Below, piece after piece: positions 6,086 to 14,938 of a stretch of 29,905 bases of DNA. The notes under the pieces are model-generated. The model ran no database searches. It was not told the origin of the DNA and saw nothing but the letters and a program-made list of their open reading frames with translations. This DNA comes from a virus (lineage: Duplodnaviria; Caudoviricetes), in IMG/VR virus record IMGVR_UViG_3300009678_000120, positions 1 through 29,905 of that record; one strand, 5' to 3'. The position numbers and the translations under genes are program-made. Position 1 is the first letter of the stretch. Each line of letters opens with the position of its first letter.

Positions 6086-6543
6086 CTAGAACCGCGTGGG
6101 ACGCGTTGTGGCGCACGCGAGCGCTACCCTGTACCCCTAGCAGGGGTAGCCCGCTAGCGCGCGTTTGCGAGTCATTCTCATTTGGAAATTCCTGTTTACT
6201 TTCAATAGGTTACACGCTTGTCTTTTAATGACATACCAGTGGATACATTGGGCTGTACTGATAGTGCCTACTAACCCCGAACCGCGTACCAGTGGAGCGC
6301 GAGCCCACAGCTGTGCGCCAGTGGCGTGCGACAGTGAGTTGGGCTACTGACCCGGAGTTAGTCAGTTGCCTGACTTTCCAGGCCGGTCCTGGCATCCAAA
6401 TCCGCCGCTCTCGATATAAATAGCCCCCGGCACGCCATTTTTATTTTTCTGGAGAATCACAGACCCACTGGACAACCGATCTTTTGGCCCGCCCTTCCCC
6501 CGTGATTCCCCGACCCAGCGATCCAGTGCTACCCTTCGCAGCC

Positions 6544-7206
6544 ATGGACTACCCAACCTGGCTCTCGCTCGAAGCCCTCGAGCCCGACCCGAACCCGGAG
6601 AACACCGTTCCCCCGGCACTCCCGCACGCCCTCGAGCGCATCCAGTCGAACGGCTTGCCCGACTGGCTCTCCGCGAACGCCCCGGACCCCAAGCCCTCGC
6701 TCGCCGCGCGCCAGATGCTGCACATGACCTTCGAGAGCCTGTTCCAGTACATCCTCGACCGGCTCGCGCTCGGGCACATGCTCGAGACGATCCTGCTGGA
6801 CGACCAGCGCGAGCGCGTGGCGCAGCAGGCCCACCAGATTGACCAGTCGCAACTGATGCGGTGGATCACCCGCGACCCGGAGCGTCTCAGCCAGATGCAC
6901 GAGCACATGGGCATCGGGGCTGAGTTCCTGATGTCGCAGACGATCCCGATAGCCGACGCGACCGACAACGAGCTTGAAGACGTTCGCCGCTCCGACGTAC
7001 GCATCGCCGCGCGCCAGAAGCTGGCCGCGAGCTACGCCCGCAAGCGGTTCGCGCCGGCGGCTACCATCGACGCCACCATCGGGATCTCCATCACGCGGGC
7101 GCTCGCCGACGCCAACGACCGACTCAGGGACTACCGTCCTGAGCCGCTCGAGGTCGTCTCGACCCAGCGTGGGCGGCCATCACTCGAGCGCGACGAGCAG
7201 GACTGA
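6544..7206 (+). CDS. terS: Terminase small subunit (Sf6 gp1-like) with N-terminal extension
   Basis: ILDRLALGHMLETI...LMRWI...IADA...VRRSDVRIAARQKLA pattern; TGATG-coupled to terL; start uncertain (ATG 6544 chosen). Confidence 0.8.
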   Translation: MDYPTWLSLEALEPDPNPENTVPPALPHALERIQSNGLPDWLSANAPDPKPSLAARQMLHMTFESLFQYILDRLALGHMLETILLDDQRERVAQQAHQIDQSQLMRWITRDPERLSQMHEHMGIGAEFLMSQTIPIADATDNELEDVRRSDVRIAARQKLAASYARKRFAPAATIDATIGISITRALADANDRLRDYRPEPLEVVSTQRGRPSLERDEQD

Positions 7207-8732
7207 TGCCCTCGCAGCCCCTCTATGAGGCAGCCGGCGAGCAGGCTCTGATGACGCGGCTGTGGTCGCCGCAGATCGCCAACGACCCCGAAGCGTTCGT
7301 GCTGTATGCCTACCCGTGGGGCCAGAAGGGCACGCCACTCGAGAAGCACCGGGGGCCGCGCCGCTGGCAGGCAAGAGCCCTGCGCCGGGTGCGGCGTACC
7401 ATCGAGACTAACCTCGCGCAGGACGAGGCAGTCAGCCTCCAGTTGATCGAGTACGCCGTCTACGAAGCGTTGCAGATGGCCCGCGTGAGTGGGCGCGGGG
7501 TGGGGAAGTCAGCCTTCCTCAGTTGGATGACGCACTGGTTCCTGTCCACGCGGATCGGGTCGACCGTCATCATCAGCGCGAACAGCGAGCCGCAGTTGCG
7601 CTCGGTCACGTGGGGCGAGTTGGCGAACTGGACCGCGATGCTGATCAACGCCCACTGGTGGGATCTGACCGCGACCCGCCTCGCGCCCCAGACCTGGATC
7701 GCGGAGCTTGTCGAGCGGGATCTCAAGAAGGGCACCCGCTACTGGGGCGCGGAGGGGAAACTCTGGACCGAAGAGAACCCCGACAGCTACGCCGGCACGC
7801 ACAACCCGGCGGGCATGATGGTGATCTTCGATGAGTCGAGCGGTATTCCAGATTCAATCTGGAAGGTCGCTAAAGGGTTTTTCACCGAACCGACCCCGAA
7901 CCGATTCTGGATCGCGCTCGGCAACGGGCGGCGGAACTCGGGCTACTTTTTTGAGTGCTTCAACGGCAAACGCCAGTTCTGGGACAACGAGTCGATCAAC
8001 GGGCTCGATGTCGAGGGCACCGACCACCAGATCTACCAGCAGATCATCGATGAGTTCGGTGCTGACTCCAACGAGGCTCGGATCGAGGTGTACGGGGAGT
8101 TCCCCTCGCAGGGCGACGACCAGTTCATCGGGCGCGGGGTGGTCGTGCAGGCCCAGAAGCGACCGGCCTGGCGCGATCCGACAGCCCCTCGGGTGATCGG
8201 CATCGACCCCGCTCGAGGGGGTGCCGACTCGACCGCGCTGGTGGTGCGGCAGGGACGCGACCTGATCGAGCTTCGGACCCGGCGCAGCAACGACACCATG
8301 GCCCTCGTCGGGTGGGTCATCACCGCGATACAGGAGTTCGACCCGGTCCTGACCGTCATCGATGAGGGCGGATTGGGGTACGGGATTCTTGACAGGCTGA
8401 AAGAGCAGGGTTACAAGGTGCGCGGGGTCAACTTTGGCTGGAAATCGTCAAATAAGGCCCGCTGGTACTTGAAAAGAACCGAAATGTGGGACGGGATGCG
8501 GCAATGGCTTAAAACGGCACACATTCCAGACGACCGGCAGCTTCAGATCGACCTGACGGGGCCGAAAGAGTGGCATAACTCGCAGGGAGCGTCGATTTTG
8601 GAGTCGAAAGACGACATGAAGAAGCGTGGGCTCGCCTCCCCCGACCGTGCCGATGCCCTGTGCGTCACTTTTGCCTTCCCGATAGCCCCCGCCGCGACCG
8701 GAAACGTCCTCAAGTTCAAAGGCTGGGGCTGA
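7206..8732 (+). CDS. terL: Terminase large subunit
   Basis: Walker A SGRGVGKS, Walker B VIFDES, nuclease motifs GIDPARGGAD, IDEGGLG and SPDRADAL. Confidence 0.95.
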   Translation: MPSQPLYEAAGEQALMTRLWSPQIANDPEAFVLYAYPWGQKGTPLEKHRGPRRWQARALRRVRRTIETNLAQDEAVSLQLIEYAVYEALQMARVSGRGVGKSAFLSWMTHWFLSTRIGSTVIISANSEPQLRSVTWGELANWTAMLINAHWWDLTATRLAPQTWIAELVERDLKKGTRYWGAEGKLWTEENPDSYAGTHNPAGMMVIFDESSGIPDSIWKVAKGFFTEPTPNRFWIALGNGRRNSGYFFECFNGKRQFWDNESINGLDVEGTDHQIYQQIIDEFGADSNEARIEVYGEFPSQGDDQFIGRGVVVQAQKRPAWRDPTAPRVIGIDPARGGADSTALVVRQGRDLIELRTRRSNDTMALVGWVITAIQEFDPVLTVIDEGGLGYGILDRLKEQGYKVRGVNFGWKSSNKARWYLKRTEMWDGMRQWLKTAHIPDDRQLQIDLTGPKEWHNSQGASILESKDDMKKRGLASPDRADALCVTFAFPIAPAATGNVLKFKGWG

Positions 8733-8733
8733 C

Positions 8734-9378
8734 ATGCGGCCACTCAGCAGCTACGCGCCCCAGGGACTCGGCGGAAAGACCGCTTACCTCGATCCCGACC
8801 AGCCAAAAAAGAAGACTTTCCAGGTCCCCAACGTCACGCGCCCCATCGAGCCCTACGACGCGATCCAGATGCGCGCCACGCGCGAGTCGGAGCAGCGCCA
8901 GGCGCGCGAGCGCGAGGAGAAGGGCATCACGGTGGACGACGCCAAGCAGGCGTACGACATCTACTCCAAGGTCAACAATGCGGGCACCCCCGCAAGCACC
9001 CCGTACGGTCAGGCACCTCCTATCCAGGGCGGCTCGGCAGCCGGCGCGCAGTCATCCGGCGCGACCACCTACGCTGCCGGCCCGGAGACGACGTTCACGA
9101 CCACCGGCGCGAACTCGGGCACGACCATCGCGCCGGCCAGCAACACCGCGACCGCAGGCGGCATGGGCGCGGGGCCGTTCATCGCGCTCGCGGTGCTGGG
9201 CATGATGTTCGCGCACGACAAGGCGCGCGAGAGCCAGAAGAACAAGCGTGACCGCTGGCGCGACTACCAGCGATCGATCGGCAACAACCCGAACAAGGTA
9301 CAGCCGGGTGGTCCGGGGATCACCAAGCCGGGTGGCCCCGGCAGCAGCAACGTCGGCAACTACACCAGACCGGATTAG
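8734..9378 (+). CDS. Hypothetical protein, Gly/Ala/Thr-rich with one hydrophobic segment (possible internal virion protein)
   Basis: 214 aa; GMGAGPFIALAVLGMMFA followed by a basic helix; lies between terL and portal. Confidence 0.7.
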   Translation: MRPLSSYAPQGLGGKTAYLDPDQPKKKTFQVPNVTRPIEPYDAIQMRATRESEQRQAREREEKGITVDDAKQAYDIYSKVNNAGTPASTPYGQAPPIQGGSAAGAQSSGATTYAAGPETTFTTTGANSGTTIAPASNTATAGGMGAGPFIALAVLGMMFAHDKARESQKNKRDRWRDYQRSIGNNPNKVQPGGPGITKPGGPGSSNVGNYTRPD

Positions 9379-9387
9379 GACACTGAC

Positions 9388-9681
9388 ATGGCACTCACGA
9401 CAGGCACGATATCGGCGAACGGCGCGAGCGCGACATGGAGCGGCACGGGCGACATGGCGGTGTCGCTCGACTTCGTCGCCGGTGCGCGCGGCACCCTTGT
9501 CACGGTCCAGCGAAGCTGGGACGCGGGCGCGACCTGGCATGTGGTCATGGAGAACGAGAACGAGGCTCTCGCATTCGACCAGAGCATCGACTTCACCATG
9601 ATCTCGCCCTCGGCGACGTTCCTGTGGCGGCTGTTCGCGACCCAGTTCAACCGCAACGTCGCGTTCGCCATCGGCAACTGA
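9388..9681 (+). CDS. Small beta-rich putative virion protein (97 aa)
   Basis: AGGA SD; VTVQRSWDAGATW Asp-box-like motif. Confidence 0.7.
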   Translation: MALTTGTISANGASATWSGTGDMAVSLDFVAGARGTLVTVQRSWDAGATWHVVMENENEALAFDQSIDFTMISPSATFLWRLFATQFNRNVAFAIGN

Positions 9682-9684
9682 TCC

Positions 9685-11889
9685 ATGAGGGACTTTGACG
9701 ACCACGAGAAGGTGCTGGCCGCGCTCACCGCGTGCCAGGAAGCGGAGAAGGATCTGCGTGAGCAGTGCCGCGAGGCGCACCTGTTCGTGGACAAGCGTGA
9801 CGGGCAGTGGGAGCCGTACTGGTGGACCGCGAGCGACGGCAAGCCCCGCTACACCTTCGACATGACCTCGACCATCGTCCAGCAGATCGCGGGCACGATC
9901 CAGCGCAAGGACTTCGACATCAAGATCCGCCCGGCGGATGGCGCGACCTCGAAAACCGACGCGATCATCTACGACGGGATGGTGCGCCACATCGAGAACG
10001 CGGGACACCCGGCGGCGAAGCATGTGTTCGCGACGGCGGGGCGCAACATGGTGACAGCCGGCGTGGACGGCTGGCACATCGTGCAGGACTACGAGCAGGG
10101 CGACTCCTTCGACCAGCACCTGTGCATCGAGCCCATCGCGAACTACCTCGACTGCGTCTGGTTCGATGTCGGCGCGAAGAAACAGGACATGTCGGACGCC
10201 GGCTACTGTTTCGTGCTGGAAGCGATCCCGAAGGACGAGTACGAGGAGGATTACCCGGACGGTTCCGGCCAGTCGGTGCCGTGCGACCGCACCGGCAATG
10301 CCTACTACGACAAAGCCGACCAGATCGTCATCGGTCAGGTCTACTACAAGAAGGAAACGGAGCGCGAACTCGTCAAGCTGAACACGGGCGAGGTGTTTGT
10401 CTACGACGACGACTTCAAAGCCATCGAAGACGATCTGCCCAGCGTGCAGAAGGAAATCGTCGGTCGGCGCACCGTGAAGGACTCGCGCGTGTGGTCGCGG
10501 CTCTTCGACGGCAAGGACTGGCTCGATGAGGAAGAGGAAACCGTCTTCTCGATGCTGCCGGTGATCCCGGCATACGGCAACTTCAAGGTGTTCGAGGACA
10601 AGATCCTCTATCGCGGCGTGGTCGAGAAGCTGCTCGACCCGCAGCGCGTCTACAACTACGGCAAGTCGCGCGAGATCGAGGAAGGCGCGCTCGCGCCGCG
10701 CGCGAAGTACTGGATGACCAAGGATCAGGCTGCGGGGCACGAGGCGACGCTCCAGACGCTGAACACGAACGCAGATCCGGTCCAGTTCTACAACGCCGAT
10801 CCGACCGCGCCGGGGCCGCCGCAGCAGGTTGGCGGCGCGATGATCAACGAGGGGCTGACCACGCTCACGGCTTCGATGAAGGAGATCTTCACCGACATCG
10901 CGGGCTGGCACGCTGCGAACCAGGGCGACAATCCGGGCCTGCAATCGGGCATCGCGCTCGAGAAGCTGCAAGACCGCGGCGATGTCTCCACGGTCGAGTA
11001 CGAAACCTCGATGGAGATCGCGATAGCGCAGACCGGGCGTGTGCTGGTGGACGCGATCCCGCGCGTCTACGCGGGCGAGCGTCAGGTGCAGTTGCTGGGT
11101 GCTGACGGCAACATCAAGCCCATCGTGATCAACCAGGAGATCTTTGACGAAGCCACGCAGCGCATGGTCGTGCTGAACGACCTGTCGAAGGGCAAGTACA
11201 CCGTGACATGCAGCGCGGGACCGTCGTTCCAGAACCGTCAGCAGGAGACGGTGGCGACGATCACCGAAATCGCAGCGGTCGATCCCTCGGTCCTCGAGGT
11301 GGGCGGCGATGTGCTGTTCGGCAACATGTCGGCACCGGGCATGGATCTGATCGCTGCGCGCAAACGCGCGCAACTGGTCACCGCAGGCATCATCCCGCCG
11401 GATCAGATGACACCGGAGGAGACGCAGGCAGCCGAAGAGGCCGCGAAGCAGCCCCCGCCGCCCGATCCGAACCTGATCATCGCGGAAGCCGAATCGAAGA
11501 AGGCAGACGCGCAGACCAACAAGATCCAGGTCGAGGCACAGGTGAAGAGCGCTCAGTTGCAGCTTGCGGAGCGCAAAGAGCAGCGCGAAACCGCGACTGC
11601 ACAGGGCAAGATGCAACTCCAGCAGATGGAACTCGTCATCCGCCAGCAGCAGCAACGCTTCGAGCAGATGCTCGCGATGCAGCAGCAGACGGTCGAGGCA
11701 CTCAACATGCAGGCTGACACCCTGCGGATCTTGCGCGAAGCGATGGGCGTGGAAGCTATCGTGTCACCGACAGGGCTCGAGGCGTATCGCGAGCAGATCG
11801 AAGAGGTGACCGACGCGCAGATCGAACCGAATTCGGCAACCCCACGGTTGCCGGGACCGAACGGGGCGGATTCCCCGGCTATGACCTAG
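9685..11889 (+). CDS. Portal protein, P22 gp1-like
   Basis: 734 aa; DGQWE..KPRYTFD, LLDPQRVYNY, SGIAL..LQDRG, GKYTV..AGPSF; Gln-rich C-terminal coiled coil; position after terL. Confidence 0.92.
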   Translation: MRDFDDHEKVLAALTACQEAEKDLREQCREAHLFVDKRDGQWEPYWWTASDGKPRYTFDMTSTIVQQIAGTIQRKDFDIKIRPADGATSKTDAIIYDGMVRHIENAGHPAAKHVFATAGRNMVTAGVDGWHIVQDYEQGDSFDQHLCIEPIANYLDCVWFDVGAKKQDMSDAGYCFVLEAIPKDEYEEDYPDGSGQSVPCDRTGNAYYDKADQIVIGQVYYKKETERELVKLNTGEVFVYDDDFKAIEDDLPSVQKEIVGRRTVKDSRVWSRLFDGKDWLDEEEETVFSMLPVIPAYGNFKVFEDKILYRGVVEKLLDPQRVYNYGKSREIEEGALAPRAKYWMTKDQAAGHEATLQTLNTNADPVQFYNADPTAPGPPQQVGGAMINEGLTTLTASMKEIFTDIAGWHAANQGDNPGLQSGIALEKLQDRGDVSTVEYETSMEIAIAQTGRVLVDAIPRVYAGERQVQLLGADGNIKPIVINQEIFDEATQRMVVLNDLSKGKYTVTCSAGPSFQNRQQETVATITEIAAVDPSVLEVGGDVLFGNMSAPGMDLIAARKRAQLVTAGIIPPDQMTPEETQAAEEAAKQPPPPDPNLIIAEAESKKADAQTNKIQVEAQVKSAQLQLAERKEQRETATAQGKMQLQQMELVIRQQQQRFEQMLAMQQQTVEALNMQADTLRILREAMGVEAIVSPTGLEAYREQIEEVTDAQIEPNSATPRLPGPNGADSPAMT

Positions 11890-11901
11890 AAGGGCGACGA
11901 T

Positions 11902-12765
11902 ATGGCTGACAATGACGCAGACGACATCACCGAAATCGAAGGCGACGTACTCCCCGGCGACGACGAATTCGAGCCCAAGGCGGGCGACGAAGACGACGAG
12001 GATGGCGAAGGCGACGATGACGATGATGACGAGTCCGAATCGTCACCGGACGACGGGGAAGACGGTGAAGGCACTCCCCAGGCCAAAAAGGTAGCGTTCA
12101 CTCCCGAACAGCAGGAAGTCTTCAATCGCGTCATCGGTGAGAAAACTCACAAGCAGCGCGAAGCGGAGCGACGGGCGGAACAACTCGCTGAAGAGTTGGC
12201 AACCGTGCGTGCGTCCTTGCCACGGGAACAAGAGCCTTTGGTTCCGCCGATGCCTGACCCGTACGACGATCAGTACGAAGCCAAGGTCGGACAACGGGAT
12301 CAGGCAATCCTCGCGCTCGCGCAGTTTCGGATGCGGCAGCAGTACGCCCAGCAGCAGCAATACGACCTCGAGCGGCAACAAGAACGCGCGCAGTTGGAAG
12401 TGGTAGCGGGAATCATCCGTTCCTATGCGGATCAGGCGAAAAAACTGGGAATTCGTGCGGAGGCTCTGCAAGTTGCGGGTGCTGCGGTAAACAGCATCGG
12501 CATCGACCCGGAAGTCGCGCAGGATATTCTCGAGGACACGCATGGTCCGTTGATCACGCTGTACTTGGCCAAGAACCTCCTTCATGTCGAAAGGATGAAG
12601 GGGATGCGGCCAACGAAAGCTGCTCATTACATCGAAACGGTGGTGAAGCCGCGAGCGACCGCTGCGCGAGTAAAACAGCCCAGTGCGCCCAAGCCCGTGA
12701 AAGCCCTTGGTCGAGGCGGTGCGCCTCGCCGGGAACGCGGGCCGAAAGGGGCTCACTACGAGTAG
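11902..12765 (+). CDS. Capsid scaffolding protein
   Basis: Very acidic N-terminus, coiled coil, PDPYD motif, basic Pro-rich C-terminus; between portal and coat. Confidence 0.8.
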   Translation: MADNDADDITEIEGDVLPGDDEFEPKAGDEDDEDGEGDDDDDDESESSPDDGEDGEGTPQAKKVAFTPEQQEVFNRVIGEKTHKQREAERRAEQLAEELATVRASLPREQEPLVPPMPDPYDDQYEAKVGQRDQAILALAQFRMRQQYAQQQQYDLERQQERAQLEVVAGIIRSYADQAKKLGIRAEALQVAGAAVNSIGIDPEVAQDILEDTHGPLITLYLAKNLLHVERMKGMRPTKAAHYIETVVKPRATAARVKQPSAPKPVKALGRGGAPRRERGPKGAHYE

Positions 12766-12777
12766 GAGAGTTAGGTC

Positions 12778-14055
12778 ATGGCCAACGACTTTTCCAGTAA
12801 CTTTACGCGGAAGCTCGCGCGCGTTTTCCTCGAGAAATTCGATTCGGAGCGCGTGTTGAGCAAAAACGTCAACACCCAGTTGCTCGAGGGCAAGTTCGCT
12901 CCCGACACGGGCGACATCGTGGACTTCAAGCGTCCCACCGACTACAAGTCGGTGCGTACCGCAACCGGCGACATCACCGGCACGCGGATGGACATCATCA
13001 CCGGCAAGGCGAGCGGCATCGTGCAGCCGTACTTCACCGTGGTGGTGGATTTCAACGAAGCCGACCAGGCGATCAAGATGGATCAGCTGGATCAGCTTTT
13101 GGCTCCGATGGCGACGCGGATCAAGACCGACCTGGAACTGGATTTCGCGGAATTCATGCTGCGGAATTCGGGACTGCTTTCCGGCGTCGTCGGGACACCT
13201 GTCACGATCTGGGACCATGTCGCTCGCGCTGGCGCGATGATGGAGTCCAGTGGGGTGCCGAAGGACAACGGCTGGTTCTACGGGATGAACCCGTTCACCC
13301 AGACCAAGCTGGCTTCCAACCAGCGCAGTCTCGGTGCCGGTGGCGTCGCGGGCGGGCCGATCAAGACCGCGCACGAGAAGGCGACGATCACTGAGAACTT
13401 CGCCGGCATGGATGTGATGACGGCAACGTCGCTGGGCTCGGTGGTCATGCCGACTGCGGCTGATCTCGCCGGTGTGCTGTCGGCGAACCCGCTGGTGACG
13501 TATCTCGCGCACAAGGACACGATGATCCAGTCGTTGCCTGTCAGTGGCTTCACGGTCAGCATCACGATCCCGAAAGGATCGGTTGTGCGGATCACGGGGC
13601 GCAACAGGCTGAACCTGTCCACGCGCAAGCTGATCCTGGACGAGACGGGCGCACCTGTCGTCTACACCGGCGTGCTGACTGCGGATGCGGTCATCGACGG
13701 TGCGGGCGTGGGCACGCTGCTCGTTTCCGGCCCGGCGATCTTCGAGGCCAACGGCGGCTACAACACCGTGAACTCGGCACCCGTCTCGGGTGATGTGGTC
13801 ACGATCCTGAACGCTTCCGCGTCCACCATCCAGCCGAACCTTTTCTGGCACAAGCAGGCCTTCGGCATCGGCTCCGTTCCGATCAAGAAGCTGTACTCCA
13901 CCGACACGTTGGCAACAACGGAAGATGGGCTCCAGTTCCGCGTGAGCAAGTACGCGGTCGGCGACGCGAACAAGCAGGTTGTGCGGTTCGACTTCAGGCC
14001 CGCGTACGCGGTGTTCAATCCGTTCTTTTCGGGCCAGTCTTTCGGCTTCCCGTGA
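12778..14055 (+). CDS. Major capsid (coat) protein, P22 gp5-like
   Basis: 425 aa; MANDF start, GDIVDFKRP, NLFWHKQAF, RFD..PAYAVFNP; strong AGGAG SD; followed by a terminator. Confidence 0.92.
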   Translation: MANDFSSNFTRKLARVFLEKFDSERVLSKNVNTQLLEGKFAPDTGDIVDFKRPTDYKSVRTATGDITGTRMDIITGKASGIVQPYFTVVVDFNEADQAIKMDQLDQLLAPMATRIKTDLELDFAEFMLRNSGLLSGVVGTPVTIWDHVARAGAMMESSGVPKDNGWFYGMNPFTQTKLASNQRSLGAGGVAGGPIKTAHEKATITENFAGMDVMTATSLGSVVMPTAADLAGVLSANPLVTYLAHKDTMIQSLPVSGFTVSITIPKGSVVRITGRNRLNLSTRKLILDETGAPVVYTGVLTADAVIDGAGVGTLLVSGPAIFEANGGYNTVNSAPVSGDVVTILNASASTIQPNLFWHKQAFGIGSVPIKKLYSTDTLATTEDGLQFRVSKYAVGDANKQVVRFDFRPAYAVFNPFFSGQSFGFP

Positions 14056-14073
14056 GGTCTGATTGCTGAAGGT

Positions 14074-14109
14074 GTGGTTCGGTGGAGCGATCCACCGGAC
14101 CACTTTTTT
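14074..14109 (+). terminator. Rho-independent terminator after the coat gene
   Basis: GTGGTTCGGTGGA-GCGA-TCCACCGGACCAC 13-bp stem (one G-U pair) followed by TTTTTT. Confidence 0.9.
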
Positions 14110-14130
14110 GAACCTCAAGGAGATCCTGCT

Positions 14131-14427
14131 ATGCGTATCACATGGAAGCGCCCATCGGGCAGCACGATTGAAACCAACGACGACCCGGAAACCGTGAAGG
14201 AAGCCGAAGCGTTGGGCTGGACCCGCAAGGGCAAGGCGAAGGAAGACCCGCCCGCGTACCCAGTCGCGGGTGATGACGACACCGCAAAGGAAGATGCGGA
14301 GTCGAGGGCTGCCGATCAGAAGGAATTCGAGGAAGAAGGCGAAGACGACCTCGAGCTTGACCAAGACCCGGAGAAAGCCAAGAAGAAGAAAAAGGGCAAA
14401 ACGGGCGACCCGGACTGGCTGAAGTAG
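14131..14427 (+). CDS. Hypothetical charged protein after the coat gene (98 aa)
   Basis: Start re-called at ATG 14131 (AAGGAG SD; the longer call overlaps the terminator); acidic tract then Lys tract. Confidence 0.8.
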   Translation: MRITWKRPSGSTIETNDDPETVKEAEALGWTRKGKAKEDPPAYPVAGDDDTAKEDAESRAADQKEFEEEGEDDLELDQDPEKAKKKKKGKTGDPDWLK

Positions 14428-14437
14428 GAGACGAATC

Positions 14438-14938
14438 GTGGCAACTGTCGCACAGGTATTGAACGCTGCGCTGAAGCGCATCCTCGTACAGGGTGCGGCA
14501 GTTGACCTCGACCCCGAAGAATACCAAGACGCAATCTTCGCGATGAATAACTACATGCTCGCGCTCGACGCGCAGGGAGTCACGCTCGGTTACACCGTGG
14601 TGAATAATCTGGCTCAAACGGTAACCGTGCCCACCGGCGCGCTGCGCGGGCTTATCGCGAATGTCGCCATCGAATGCGCTCCCGATTACAACGGGATCGT
14701 GAGCCCGCAACTCGAGGTGGCGGCAGCCGATGGACTGAACACCATGCGACTGATTGGACAGCGCATGGGTGCCACTCGTTTCCCCAGCACGCTCCCGATG
14801 GGCTCGGGCAACGAGGGACAGGTCGGCAGCGGCTGGCTCTCGCACTTCTATCCCGACGAGGAGGCAGCAATCCTCGCCGAAACAACCGGCGCAATCGGGC
14901 TCGAAGAGGGCACCGATGCAGCAGCAGGGGGACCGTGA
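14438..14938 (+). CDS. Head-tail adaptor / packaged-DNA stabilization protein, P22 gp4-like
   Basis: 166 aa; helical ALKRI..Y.DAI..MN..M...GY pattern and LPMGSGN motif; AGGAG SD. Confidence 0.85.
   Translation: MATVAQVLNAALKRILVQGAAVDLDPEEYQDAIFAMNNYMLALDAQGVTLGYTVVNNLAQTVTVPTGALRGLIANVAIECAPDYNGIVSPQLEVAAADGLNTMRLIGQRMGATRFPSTLPMGSGNEGQVGSGWLSHFYPDEEAAILAETTGAIGLEEGTDAAAGGP

Noticed and set aside
6385-6450. Rightward late promoter upstream of terS (TATAAA at 6415-6420)
   Set aside because: No -35 hexamer at an acceptable spacing; cannot be supported from sequence alone.
11960-12070. GAC/GAT/GAA trinucleotide-like repeat
   Set aside because: It simply encodes the acidic N-terminal tract of the scaffolding protein.
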